A stretch of DNA of 63,963 nt, the filler included, from Octopus bimaculoides (lineage: Eukaryota): assembly GCF_001194135.2 (NCBI RefSeq). It is 6 parts of 5 records of this genome, joined end to end, with 100 filler letters (N's around TTAATTAATTAA, not from the genome) between each part and the next. Parts side by side here need not be neighbours in the genome. Positions count along the whole stretch, not along the records: positions 1 to 13,617 come from NC_068983.1; 5 more parts are not named here. One strand, written 5' to 3'. Each line of letters opens with the position of its first letter. The stretch's first letter is position 1. Position numbers and translations under genes: made by a program. Below the pieces are notes generated by a model. It saw only the letters and a program-made list of their open reading frames with translations. It made no database searches and was not told the origin of the DNA. Below, piece by piece: positions 1-11,379 of this stretch.

Positions 1-625
1 ATTGTTCTCAAAGAAAAATTTAGCGTAGCAACAAAATGTATACAGTCAAGACAAGGGGAAATTACAAAAATACATACAATGTTATCCGCAGACCGGTTTC
101 GAAATTAATATTTCCTTACCGAAAATATCTGTTTCTCAACAGTACGGACTGACAAAGAAATAGAATTCCCAGAATCGTATACTAGTTGTTCCCCAAGAAT
201 GAAGAACGTGCACATAGTTCTGTTAAATATATTTATGGTAAGCTTGAAAAGTCTTCGTTTTGCCGCGCTAAATCCGGAAATATCTCTGCAGAATATGGTT
301 TCCGCATCGAATATACCAACTTTGAGAACGTGGTTATGGTTAATTAAATTGAAACAGTAGGGTAAAAAATTGGATATTAATTAATATCAATTAAATCCCA
401 GGGAACAAGCACATTCAAAGAATCAAGACGATTAAAAAAATATATCTGAGATTTCAAAGGATTATTGTATATGTATATATAAAGGAGGCACTAGGTCGAC
501 TGTTAATGTGCTAGAAGAAGATCACATGTAATGCGTCTACTAAGACCGAATTGTTCTCAAAGATAAATTTAGCGAAGCAACAAAACGTATACGGGCAAGA
601 CAAGTGAAAATTACCTAAATACATC
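1..625. repeat. Imperfect ~75-bp direct repeat (1-75 and 550-624) bounding a ~550-bp unit; probable PLE pseudo-LTR or tandem unit
   Basis: attgttctcaaagaaaaatttagcgtagcaacaaaatgtatacagtcaagacaagg vs attgttctcaaagataaatttagcgaagcaacaaaacgtatacgggcaagacaagt. A degenerate hammerhead-like motif lies on the - strand at ~88-128. Confidence 0.6.
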
Positions 626-2095
626 TGCTTTTCCAGATGAGCCATCTTTCCATATCACACAGATCTCACTTTCCACTACCGCTGGTGTAAGGCTTACACT
701 TAGCTAAGATCTTCCAATGGATGTTATAATTGACAACATTTTCTTTTAAGTATCATATATATAATTTGGTCGTTTTTCTTTTATCCCAGTGTCTGAAACC
801 AAAAGTTTGATTGTTGAATCTGGCTTAAAAATTCCTCTCTGGGAGACCCACATATTTCTTTGATGAATCTACGTCCTTAGTGGTTGTAGAGTTTACGGTG
901 GCTTCATAAATGATGGTCTCGGGCATTCAAGCTCCATTTAACGGGCACAAAATTGTATCCCTGCATGAGCAGCTGGTTTTATCGTGTTGATTTTGTGGGT
1001 TGCGTGGAATTATATTTATAAACTTCGTAGTTGAGCTAAAACTGAGCTATTGAAGAGCTACCTGTAACTATGATTGATTGGAGAATGTTTATCTATAAAT
1101 GCCAAGAAATATTTACCGATATTAAAGGTCACTTCGGTGGAGTAAGGGTGTGTCCGCCAGATAGTTTTCCTCTTCCTATGTTTCTTTTTCTTTGTTATTG
1201 GACTGGTAACAGGCGTATATGTGGTTATGCCCCCGCTAAAACCATTATCTTTTAGAGCATTATTATATACTGGGGCAACACTATCAAAAATGTCCCTATC
1301 ATAGTAGAGGCTAGACATTCTTTTACTAATGTTTTAACTAAAGTTTTAAACACTATGGGAGGATGGCAGGAACCTACATTAATATAACTAAGTCTATCGT
1401 TGGGCTTCCTATGAGGTTTGTAAGTGTTCTTATTTAAATCTAAGGATACATATAGGGAATTGACAACTGTCAGGTTGTTATCTGTAGTTATGTTAAGACC
1501 GAACGTTTTCAACGTTTGGATAATGTCCTTCCTGAAGCGATCTTGTGCTGGTCCATTGGTATTTATGGTTAAAGTTGGGGCATCATCTTTGCAGATAGCG
1601 AAATATACGTCAGGAAAAACCTTGCCCAACGTATCGAGTAGGAATAGTCCAATGGGATTGCATACGTCTAGCATGGAAGATTATGTCCTTATCTTGTGTA
1701 CTAATGTCTATAAATTCCCCTTGAAGAGGTGAGGGCTTTATCAAGCAGCTCCTTAGAGATAGAGGCATAGAACTCGACAATATCTGATTGCGTTAATCTC
1801 GCTTTATTCTTTATTTTTATTCCAAATAGCTTTAAAACAATCAACGCCTTCTATACTATTGGACGTTTGTACTAACCTAGTAGCATTTCTGACTTCCGCA
1901 TTGATTTTCCCTAAAATTTCTTGACTAAAAAAAACAATTTCTGATTTAGCAGCGTAATTAAGAGTACATTTAGGATTAGATAGGAAATTATTTTTTATGG
2001 ACTTTAATAGTTATAAAGGCCTCATTTTTGGGGAAGGACGTCTATCTTTTTAAGTCTGGCATCGATGATGCTAGCTTCTTTATTAATTTGGTCTG
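620..2095 (-). mobile_element. Decayed Penelope-like retroelement (RT + linker + GIY-YIG endonuclease), Naiad-like
   Basis: Translations across frameshifts: AFITIKVHK..NPKC..SDIVEFYASISKELLDKALT (RT N-terminal part); KDDAPTLT..GPAQDRFRKDII..LDLNKNTYKPHRKPND..YINVGSCHPP (RT palm/thumb); RKRKTIW..PYS..NIGKYFL..IDKH (linker); CSCRDTILCPLNGA*..IIYEATV..KKYVGL (Cys motif + GIY-YIG); HWKILAKCKPY..K*DLC (EN C-terminus). Confidence 0.9.
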
Positions 2096-2097
2096 CC

Positions 2098-2360
2098 ATA
2101 AACGAAAAGCAACCAAATTCTCCAGTCATATATGGTCCTTAAAAGAAAAAAGGTATCAACTACAACATCCATTGGAAGATCTTAGCCAAGTGTAAGCCTT
2201 ACACCATCTGCAGTGGAAAATGCGGTCTTGGTGATATGGAAAGATGGCTCATCTGGAAAAGCAGCTTAGACCTCATAACATGTCTAAATTCAAGAACTGA
2301 ACTTTTTGGATTATGTTCACATACGGCTAAATACTTGTTACATTTTGGGTGTTGGCAAGA
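2098..2360 (+). mobile_element. Inverted copy of the PLE 3' region (endonuclease C-terminus) abutting the 5'-truncated end of the - strand PLE
   Basis: 2165-2262 is the reverse complement of ~625-725 with ~9 differences in ~99 nt. It encodes WSLKEKGINYNIHWKILAKCKPY..KCGLG..LNSRTELFGLCSH. Confidence 0.85.
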
Positions 2361-2784
2361 TCACAGATACAAGCTGCTTTTTGTATTGTATCCACGTACA
2401 AGCAATTTATCTCTCTATCCTTTTTATATATATTTTACATTTATATATGTATATATTTTGTATATTTTTTACATATGTTTCTGTATTTTACCTTTCATCT
2501 TGCATTTTTCTTGGGCACGTGCGCATATAGACGTGTATATGAACATAAATGTGCACGTATGGGTATATATATATGTGAGTGTGTGACTAGATGTCAAAGC
2601 AGATTTCCGCCCCGACATCCGAAACTTGGAGTCTTATTATGGCACGCGGATAATTGTCACATATATCACAGATAAATTCCTCTATTTACATAATATTCAG
2701 ACCTCATTCATTCTTAAGTTGTCATACAATTACTATTGTTTCTGTCTCCTCTTTTTCTTTCTCTCATTGTTTCTTTCTGTGCTC

Positions 2785-2820
2785 CTTTCTGGGAAAGAGC
2801 GTAGGCTCGAAACATTAAAG
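2785..2820 (+). ncRNA. Degenerate minimal type I hammerhead motif (family also at 17527-17563 and 26968-27004)
   Basis: CUUU-CUGGGAA-A-GAGC(GUAG)GCUC-GAAA-CA-UU-AAAG. Stems I and II are intact and the core is altered. Confidence 0.5.
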
Positions 2821-2913
2821 AATTTTTCACATCACCGATCGTTATACTAATGCATCTGTTTGTTTTCTACACCACTTGTCGTCCTCTTTTTGTTTTTCTT
2901 TGTGAATTATCCC

Positions 2914-2962
<49 letters not shown>

Positions 2963-3329
2963 NNNNNNNNNNNNNNNNNNNNNNNNNNNNNNNNNNNNNN
3001 NNNNNNNNNNNNNNNNNNNNNNNNNNNNNNNNNNNNNNNNNNNNNNNNNNNNNNNNNNNNNNNNNNNNNNNNNNNNNNNNNNNNNNNNNNNNNNNNNNNN
3101 NNNNNNNNNNNNNNNNNNNNNNNNNNNNNNNNNNNNNNNNNNNNNNNNNNNNNNNNNNNNNNNNNNNNNNNNNNNNNNNNNNNNNNNNNNNNNNNNNNNN
3201 NNNNNNNNNNNNNNNNNNNNNNNNNNNNNNNNNNNNNNNNNNNNNNNNNNNNNNNNNNNNNNNNNNNNNNNNNNNNNNNNNNNNNNNNNNNNNNNNNAGG
3301 TTCCGAGTTCGATTCATGGCAGCGACCTG

Positions 3330-3332
<3 letters not shown>

Positions 3333-3390
<58 letters not shown>

Positions 3391-3397
3391 TAATAAT
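3333..3397. repeat. (AAT)n microsatellite
   Basis: About 22 AAT units. Confidence 0.98.
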
Positions 3398-3442
3398 AGT
3401 AACATCGTTAGGAATGAGAACCCAGGTTCGAAATTTCCCCAA

Positions 3443-3488
3443 GACACCTGACGAAGGCTGGAGGGTATATCAGCCGAAACGTTGTGCT
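3443..3488 (+). ncRNA. Minimal type I hammerhead ribozyme motif in a PLE-type terminal repeat (~3400-3580)
   Basis: GACAC-CUGACGA-A-GGCUG(GAGGGUAUAU)CAGCC-GAAA-CG-UU^-GUGCU. Intact core, 5-bp stem II, palindromic ACGU stem III. Confidence 0.75.
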
Positions 3489-3670
3489 AACAACAAACAA
3501 GATGAGGACAAATATCCGTCAAATGTAAAAAATGTAAATAATGTTAATAATTCCTCATCTCTTAAATATAGAACTATATATGTAACCATTTCTCAGACAG
3601 ATAAATAAAATATGCGGTGTCCAATAACAGAATTCAATTAAGATATAATTCAAAATTATTTAAGAACATA

Positions 3671-4564
3671 TATGGTTTGTTCAATAAGTATCCGAAAGGT
3701 TGCTATGGTAACAAATTTAAATCACGCAGAGTAAAGCCGCTAGGCGCAGACTGACGATGATCTCTGCTCTGTATGTGCACTAAATTCTAACGCTCTAGCT
3801 AACTTCTGCTGTTTACAGCCTTTCTTGGAATAAACGCGTGTAGCGTGTGATCGTTGCATTAACCATCACATAGAAAGATGAGGAGAGGATCTGCATAAAA
3901 TGTTGCCAAAAGCTTTGCGATACCTGCTTAGAGGCCCTCTCAAAGTTTTCAATAAGTTTTCATCGTTCTCTATACAATCTCAGAGACGTAGTGTGACTGA
4001 AACCCGAGTGCCTTTTGGTCAGCTGAAATCAGTTTTGGCACAAGCTTGGCAGACACGCATCTCATACTCAAATCTTCAGTGATAATTCACTGAACTGAAC
4101 CGTAACTAATCTGCACATCCTCTGATGACTAACGGTTGGTGATTCGACGATTTCCCCTCAGAGCTGCACACACATACGCGATGTTTTTTCTCAGTTCCTT
4201 TGGTTTCAAGTCTCCCAGAATGTTCGTCAAAATCGACACTTTTGTGGCCACCTTGGTAACGTATGAACTACTCGTAAACTTTTGTGCGGCTCATACAATC
4301 ATTTTCATACACTTTCTGAGACTTTACGTAGGCCTCTGAGCAGGTATCGCCATGACAACTTTCTCTGCCGTGGTTAATGCGAAAATCATACGCTATACAG
4401 CTTCCTTTGATGCAGTGCTGTAAACAGAGGAGTAAGCTAGGACGTTAAATGTTAGTGCGCGTGCACACTAGATGTGAAGGTCAATCATTGGTAAGCGATT
4501 TTACTCTGGTTGCTGTAGCTTCATTAACATGGCAACATTCCTGATACATATTGATCAGTCTTCA
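3671..4564 (-). mobile_element. Internally deleted mariner-family element with long (~150 bp) imperfect TIRs
   Basis: The - strand gives YENDCMSRTKVYE*F..DEHSGR..ISYGSVQ*IITEDLSMRCVSAKLVPKLISADQK (mariner HTH and WVPH-type linker). 3671-3820 is an imperfect inverted repeat of 4413-4564. TA flanks on both sides. Confidence 0.8.
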
Positions 4565-5560
4565 TATGTATGTGTAATTGCATGTACATGAGTAACAACT
4601 ACCAATGATTATCGAGCTTAGGTACCTGGGTTACTAGCTATTAAGGAATATCTATATCTACACACACATATATATATATATATGCTTTCATGTAAAAGAT
4701 CTAGTTATACAAAACATTAAACATATGAAATATAGAAAAGTATTTCGCAATCCTGTTGCGAAGGAAGACATGAATCTTTTTTATGGACGAAATATTAATG
4801 ATATTTTTGTAGTGCTTGAATCATGAAATTATTAGAATATTTACCATGCCATATGAAAGTACTGTTCATTCCTCAACAACTATGCCGGGTTATGTCTTCC
4901 AAATACTGATATAAATACTTCATTTGAATAGTAAATGTGTGTCTAATGTATGATGTACGACATCTAATAGTAACTTATATAATGATTAGAAATAATGCAA
5001 CTATGTGTTTGCTTGTAGCACATTGACTCTCTTAATAGTTAACATATTTATATACAAGATTAGTTGGCAAATTATTTGAAATGTATAAATGTTTTTAAAC
5101 GCGTTATCTACATTAGAAATTCCTTATATACATTTAATTTACATCTTGAAGATCGAAAACATTCTATTTCCTGACCATGATAAATGACAGACTGTTTCAT
5201 ACCCGATCACTAGGAAGCACTCCCACTTTTGTACCGACATACTGGTTTTCACACTTTAATTTTGTTCTCAACGTCCACCCCCTGTTAAAACAATCGTGCT
5301 GAATAGGACGCTAGAACTGCAGTTGCTGGAAGAGTAATACTCCAGCTCCAGGATTCCACGAGAGGTTGGTAAATTTCTATCTTCAATTTGGTTTTCGCAC
5401 CTCTCCTCGCCAATGGTCATGAATGTTGTGTATCAAACAAGAGAGTATGATTGCGAATACAAGAGTCTGAAACAATGTTTCTAAGCAGTATCTTTGGTGT
5501 AACATCTTTAGCAGGATGCGTTATTAGTAGATCAAGATTTCTCTTCCTGTCGAGTCTCTA

Positions 5561-5772
5561 CAGGGTGTCCACAAAATCTGGGTACAAGGGGATTAACACA
5601 TACTTTAAGAAATCATTATTTCTTATATTTTATTGTTTATGTTATGTTTTTATTTACTCCATGTACCCACATGGGGATTAACACATACTGTAAGAAATTG
5701 TTATTTCTTATATTTAATTGTTTATATTATGATTTTATTTACTCCATGTACCCATACCTTGTGGACACTCTG
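5561..5772. mobile_element. Tc1/mariner-type MITE with an internal ~80-bp tandem duplication
   Basis: TA|CAGGGTGTCCACAAAATCTGGGTACA ... TGTACCCATACCTTGTGGACACTCTG|TA. The unit ggggattaacacatact...actccatgtaccca occurs twice. Confidence 0.85.
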
Positions 5773-7359
5773 TACTTCACTAATTTGAGAAATCACAGAT
5801 CCAATAATACGGATATTAGATTGGAATGTTGCAGGAAGGAATCACTGGACAGCCTTTTTTAAGCCGAGCCGAACTGTAGAAGACCTAGTATTAGACTGCA
5901 AACCTGATGGTTGGATAACATGCATACTCTCAGTTAGACACCCTTTGTAATGTAACCAAAAGCTGTCTGAAAGTTGTAAGATGATGATAAAACTTTATGG
6001 AGGGAATACCTGAAGATTCTACTCGAACAAAATTTTCTGAAATAGTAGATAGATAATAAGGATGGCTGAATAGATGGACGGACGGAGGGATGGATGTTTG
6101 GACGGTTGGACGGATAGAAAAAAACTGACGTTTTGTATACGGACGAAATTGAATTTAGCAAAACATAATTATTTCAAAATACTGTCAAAATACTGGTCTC
6201 TGTTCTCTATTTCTTCTTTGTGATAAATCTAGTTGGTCTTACTAATAGATGGTATGTATATGGTGGTGATGGTGATGGGTAATCTATCTAACAACTTAAT
6301 TTAAAAGTTGGTCGTAAAATTGGAGATTTGCAATAAGTTAGTGCACTGTTCATTTCTTTATTAATGGGCTGTCGATTATTTATTAGAGATTCCAAAAATA
6401 GAAAGCGGACCAAAAGTTATTTCAGCCAGCGAAAAATGAATAAACTCTTTAGAGATGAATAAATCGAGATTCAAACAAAATCTGAATTACAGTGGAATGT
6501 TTGAAAAGAAAACACAAGCCATGTGTTATTTCATATGCTTTTACTTATAAATATTAAAAATTGATTTATGTACGAACGTACGAAAACGTAATACGCAAAA
6601 CTCTAGAAGAAAAATGTAGTGTTTTCGTCATGAATAACTAATTTCGATTTAAAAATTTCGAATGATATTCCTTCTGACCTCCGAGAAGAATAAATTGTGT
6701 AATTTATATCTGAAATGTATTATTATTACAAACTAAATTACTCTTATTTTTCCTACAACAAAAACTAAATTCAAACTTATATTCTATTGATTTCAATACT
6801 CATTGTACATGAAATATATATCTACCGAAAACGAATAATAAATATTAATGACAATTTGTGAATGAAATATTTTATTTAGTAGTAGACTTCTTGTTTTTAG
6901 ACAAAGTTTATATTACATAACGTGTCTCCATTTATATCTAAGGAACTGCTTTCTCATTTTCTCCCAACTGTCTGCACTGTGATTAATATGCATATCGCCT
7001 CCTGATTCTGTTCTTCTTGCAGAATGATTACGTATATTAGCTGAGATAAAAAGTTACATATGCATCAGTTCTCCGTTCGAATGTAGCATTCCTTTTAACT
7101 CAAGAACTAGCTGGACGCATGAAAAAATTCACCGAAAAAATAAAAAATGCTAGCATCTGTAAATTGTGTACTGGTGCCATGAGAAATGTTTCTATATTGT
7201 GACAGTTACAGAATATAGAAAGAAGTAAAAACCGATAACTATATAATCCAACCACCATATCTCCGTTATGCAAACGTAAACAAAATTACTATTTAGCCTT
7301 AGTATACATCGTACATATTCAAAGAACCTTCTTGGTTTAGTGGTGCGGAACGTTATTCT

Positions 7360-7850
7360 GGTATTCTTTTACTTCTATCAGTCATTTGACGGAAGCTATG
7401 GTGGAGCACCGCCCTTTAGTCGAATAAATTGACCCCTGGCTTTATTCCCTGTAGGCCTGGCGCTTATTCTATCAGTCTATTCTGCCGAACGGCTGAGATA
7501 CAGGACGCGAACACGCCAGCATCGGTTGTCAAACAATTGTGTTGGGGTGACAAAGGCAGACACAAACACACACATACACACGCACGCACACACATACATA
7601 TATGTGCATATACTCTTTGGTCTTTTACTTGTTTCAGTCATTTGACTGCGGCCATGCTGGGGCACCGCCTTTAGTCGAGCAACTCGACCCTAGGACTTAT
7701 TCTTTGTAAGCCCAGTGCTTATTCTATCGGTCTCTTTTTGCCGAACTGCCTAGTTACGGGGAGGCAAACACACCAGCATCGGTCGTCAAGCGAAGCTGGG
7801 GAGACAAACACAGACACACAAATATGTACACACACACACACACACACATA
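7360..7850 (-). mobile_element. Two adjacent partial copies (3' halves) of the dominant tRNA-derived SINE (family A)
   Basis: Shared tail tcagtcatttgactgcggccatgctggggcaccgcctttagtcgagcaa..gacttattc..gacaaacac, followed by (CA)n. Confidence 0.85.
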
Positions 7851-8739
7851 NNNNNNNNNNNNNNNNNNNNNNNNNNNNNNNNNNNNNNNNNNNNNNNNNN
7901 NNNNNNNNNNNNNNNNNNNNNNNNNNNNNNNNNNNNNNNNNNNNNNNNNNNNNNNNNNNNNNNNNNNNNNNNNNNNNNNNNNNNNNNNNNNNNNNNNNNN
8001 NNNNNNNNNNNNNNNNNNNNNNNNNNNNNNNNNNNNNNNNNNNNNNNNNNNNNNNNNNNNNNNNNNNNNNNNNNNNNNNNNNNNNNNNNNNNNNNNNNNN
8101 NNNNNNNNNNNNNNNNNNNNNNNNNNNNNNNNNNNNNNNNNNNNNNNNNNNNNNNNNNNNNNNNNNNNNNNNNNNNNNNNNNNNNNNNNNNNNNNNNNNN
8201 NNNNNNNNNNNNNNNNNNNNNNNNNNNNNNNNNNNTTGAATTTCATGTAGCCATATGTAGGGAACGTTTCCCCACTAGCCATTTTGTAGCGGGTATTACT
8301 CATTTTTCTTGGCTCTTTTCACAACTGTTCCCCGTTCGAAATTTGCATTAGTTTCTGTATGAAAGTAAAATGAAGGCAGTGTGGGGGCTGGTTTGTAGTT
8401 TGTAGAGAAAACGGTAAAAGTGCCTGAAACAAAACATGGGCTCCCCCAGCAACTAAAATGCATGAAGAACTATGAAAGAAGGCGAGTATGCATAGGAGGT
8501 GAAGGAAAGAAGAGAGAAGTAACAATCGTTCGTTCTAGATCACGTAGAATAAAAACGTAAACACCTGAAAGATTTTCCCTCTATTCATTACTAAATATCT
8601 TTCTCTCTTCTTCATTGTTATAAGTAAAGAAACTAGAAAAAAAGATCGATCTAATTGTCATTGTAAATGACAGAGGCTTTCCTTTCTCTGTCTCTATCGC
8701 TTCACTCCTTTTCTCTACGGTTAAGAGAGTTAAGGTGCG

Positions 8740-9045
8740 TGCCTCGGGTTCTTAGGTGTATTCGGCCAAGTCACCAGTACGATTCTCAACGATGCGCTGT
8801 ATTTTTGAGCAAGGTGTACTACTTCACCTTGCTGCAGTCCACTCAGTTGGCAAAAATGAGTTTTAACTGTTATTGAAAGGGTCGAGACTTGTCACATTCT
8901 GTGTGAGACTAAATCTCTCTGAGAAGAACCTTATGGTATGCATGACTCTGAAGTACTCAGCCACGTGCGCATTAATTTTACGAGCAGACTGTTCGTTGAT
9001 CAGATAAACAGGAACCTCATCGTCGTAGCCGACGTAGTGCCAATT
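8740..9045 (+). mobile_element. SINE family B copy (others at ~9350-9500, 39665-39985, 61430-61560)
   Basis: Shared core cagtccactcagctggcaaaa..tgagttgta..tcaaaggg..cttgtcacattctg..gagtgctcagccacttgc. The 39665 copy has an A/B-box-like head (tgctcagtggttagg / gagttcaatcc). Confidence 0.75.
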
Positions 9046-11129
9046 TGTAAGTTAAAGAAAAGGAAATGTTCCTTATTGTAAGGCAAAAAATATGTATTTA
9101 GTACAAGTAGTGAAAGCTAAGGCGAAATAATTGCTATTCCATTGTGTATTCACCTTCGACTCACGCTCAGTTCGATAACAACAGCCTGCGCATCGGTGTT
9201 TATCTGGGGGATTTGCCTCCAGATCTTGAAATCCACAAATGTCACTCTTAGGACTGGATTAACACCTCATTTTGACCCTAACGACTAAAAACATTTTCCT
9301 GCCCCTGTATAGAATCTTGTTCGTCTTCTTCCAACCATTTGAAGATTTATCTTGGTCCAGCCCACTCGGCTGGCCAAAATGAGTTGTAGCTGTAATTCAA
9401 AGGGGTCAACCTTGTCATATTCTGTGTGAGGCTGAATCTCCTTGAGAGCTGCATTAATGATATGCATGTCTGTGGAGTACTCAGCCACTTGCGAGTTGAT
9501 TTTTCCCGCGTGCGCTAGTGAAAAGTGAAAGTGACATCCAATGTTTGCTGTGTTTATGTATCTATAACTTTTCTTCGGATCTACTGAGTCTCACTTTCTC
9601 TCGTTCTCTTTCACTTCCTTTGTGTCTCTCCTGTATCCCGCTTTTAATAGAACAATGTATGTATCTAAGTATCAACTTTAAAAGCACAATACGAACGCCG
9701 TTACCACTCACTGTTTTTCAGTCTTTCTCTTTCTACCTCACTCTCTCTCCCTCTCTCTCTCTCTCTTACTTCCTCCTTGGAACATTTAAAAACACGAAAC
9801 GAATGCCGTCATCACTCAATGTCTCTTGGACTCTTTCTCTTTCTTTCTGACTTTCTTCCCTTCCTCTCTTACTTCCTCTCTGTCCTCCTCTCTCTCGCTT
9901 TGCCAATCGCTTCGTTTAAGTAAGTGTGACACACACCACGCGTACGTACGTACAAAAAGAACCAAAACTAAGCGTATTAATACAATTGAGGAAATATGTC
10001 GTTAATTACAGTAACCTACAATAAAGGTCATTTGCTATTTCCGGATCATCACGAAACAATCCAAATAGAGAATATAGTCTTTTAGTAATATAAGAAAACC
10101 GTCCTTTTGAATTTAGCATGAAAGTTAATTATTCAAAGCCTTCATAACATTTTTGGGACTGTAATGTGAACCAGTGATATTTATCACTCAACCTATCAAA
10201 TACTACAGAGTTGTTTCCTATGTCTTGTGGAAATGGTGGCATCTATCGTAATTTATTTATGGAATAATTGCTAATCATTAGTTATGTAGACTCCAGACCA
10301 ATGAAATTTCTCTTGTCTTCATTGAAGCCAGTTCGTGAATTGTAACAAAGATAACATGCAAATGTTTACATAGCTAACAGAGAGAAGAATTTTTTCGGTA
10401 GGCTAATGTATATAACTGAAATTTTTTTGTTGCATCCACCAGCTCCACATCTCTGCTGAGGAAGACTTCCCTCACATCAATCTAAAACATTTTTATTGAA
10501 AAATAAAAGTAATTACTCATATTGTCGGAAGATTTTATTTACCGAATAGCAAAATTTGAAAAAGCAATGTCGAAGGCAGTCAAGAAATGAAATTTATGCT
10601 TATATTTGAATGAAAAAGGAAAAGATAAACTTCTGGAGTCACATATATAAACAGACATAAACCAAAAGTATTGATGTCTGCCAACAATTTTATTAATTTT
10701 AATATACCTTCTTACAAGTTTGATTGCCCTTAACGTTATTCTTAAGAATATGATGAACTTTCATTTTCACGAAAAAATGCTTCAGCGAAACCATAAATGC
10801 AAAGCATCTGAAAGATTTCTAATTTAAACTTAATCGAAAACGTAAATTAAAAAAAAAATACGTTCTTTATTTATCCTCGTTCAACTGAATTCATTGTGTA
10901 AATTGAACTACACGAACCTAAAGATTGCATAGTTTAAATACACGAAAGCACTACATCAATCATAATGGACATATAATATTCTATCATTTCATTATATTAT
11001 ATTTATATTATATTATATTATATTATATTATATTATATTATTATAAAACTGAAATAAACCGTGAAAAACAAAGTTGGAATTTCTTTGAGTAATATATTAT
11101 TTATTACACAATCACTCGTATATATACTC

Positions 11130-11337
11130 TTTTATTCTGTTACTTGTTTCAATCATTTCACTATGGCCATGCTGGAGCAACTCCTTTTAGTTGAAGAAAT
11201 CGATCCCTGGACTTATTCTTTGTAAGCCTGTTGCGTATTTTATTGACCTCTTCTTCCGAACCTCTAAATTACGCGGACTTAATCATACCAATATCAGTTG
11301 GCAAGCGATGGTGTAGGTAAACACTGAAACACACGCG

Positions 11338-11379
<42 letters not shown>

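Noticed and set aside
2330-2600. SECIS element for the TGA-containing PLE
   Set aside because: No RUGA-helix-AA-helix-GA structure of the right spacing was found by eye; the region is interrupted by low-complexity sequence.
8236-8423. Coding-looking - strand stretch (GTFTVFSTNYKPAP..VVKRAKK / MSNTRYKMASGETFPTYGYMKF) after a good acceptor
   Set aside because: The two halves are in different frames (extra A at ~8304-8307 gives KNE*), it runs into a gap, and there is no strong donor or recognisable domain.
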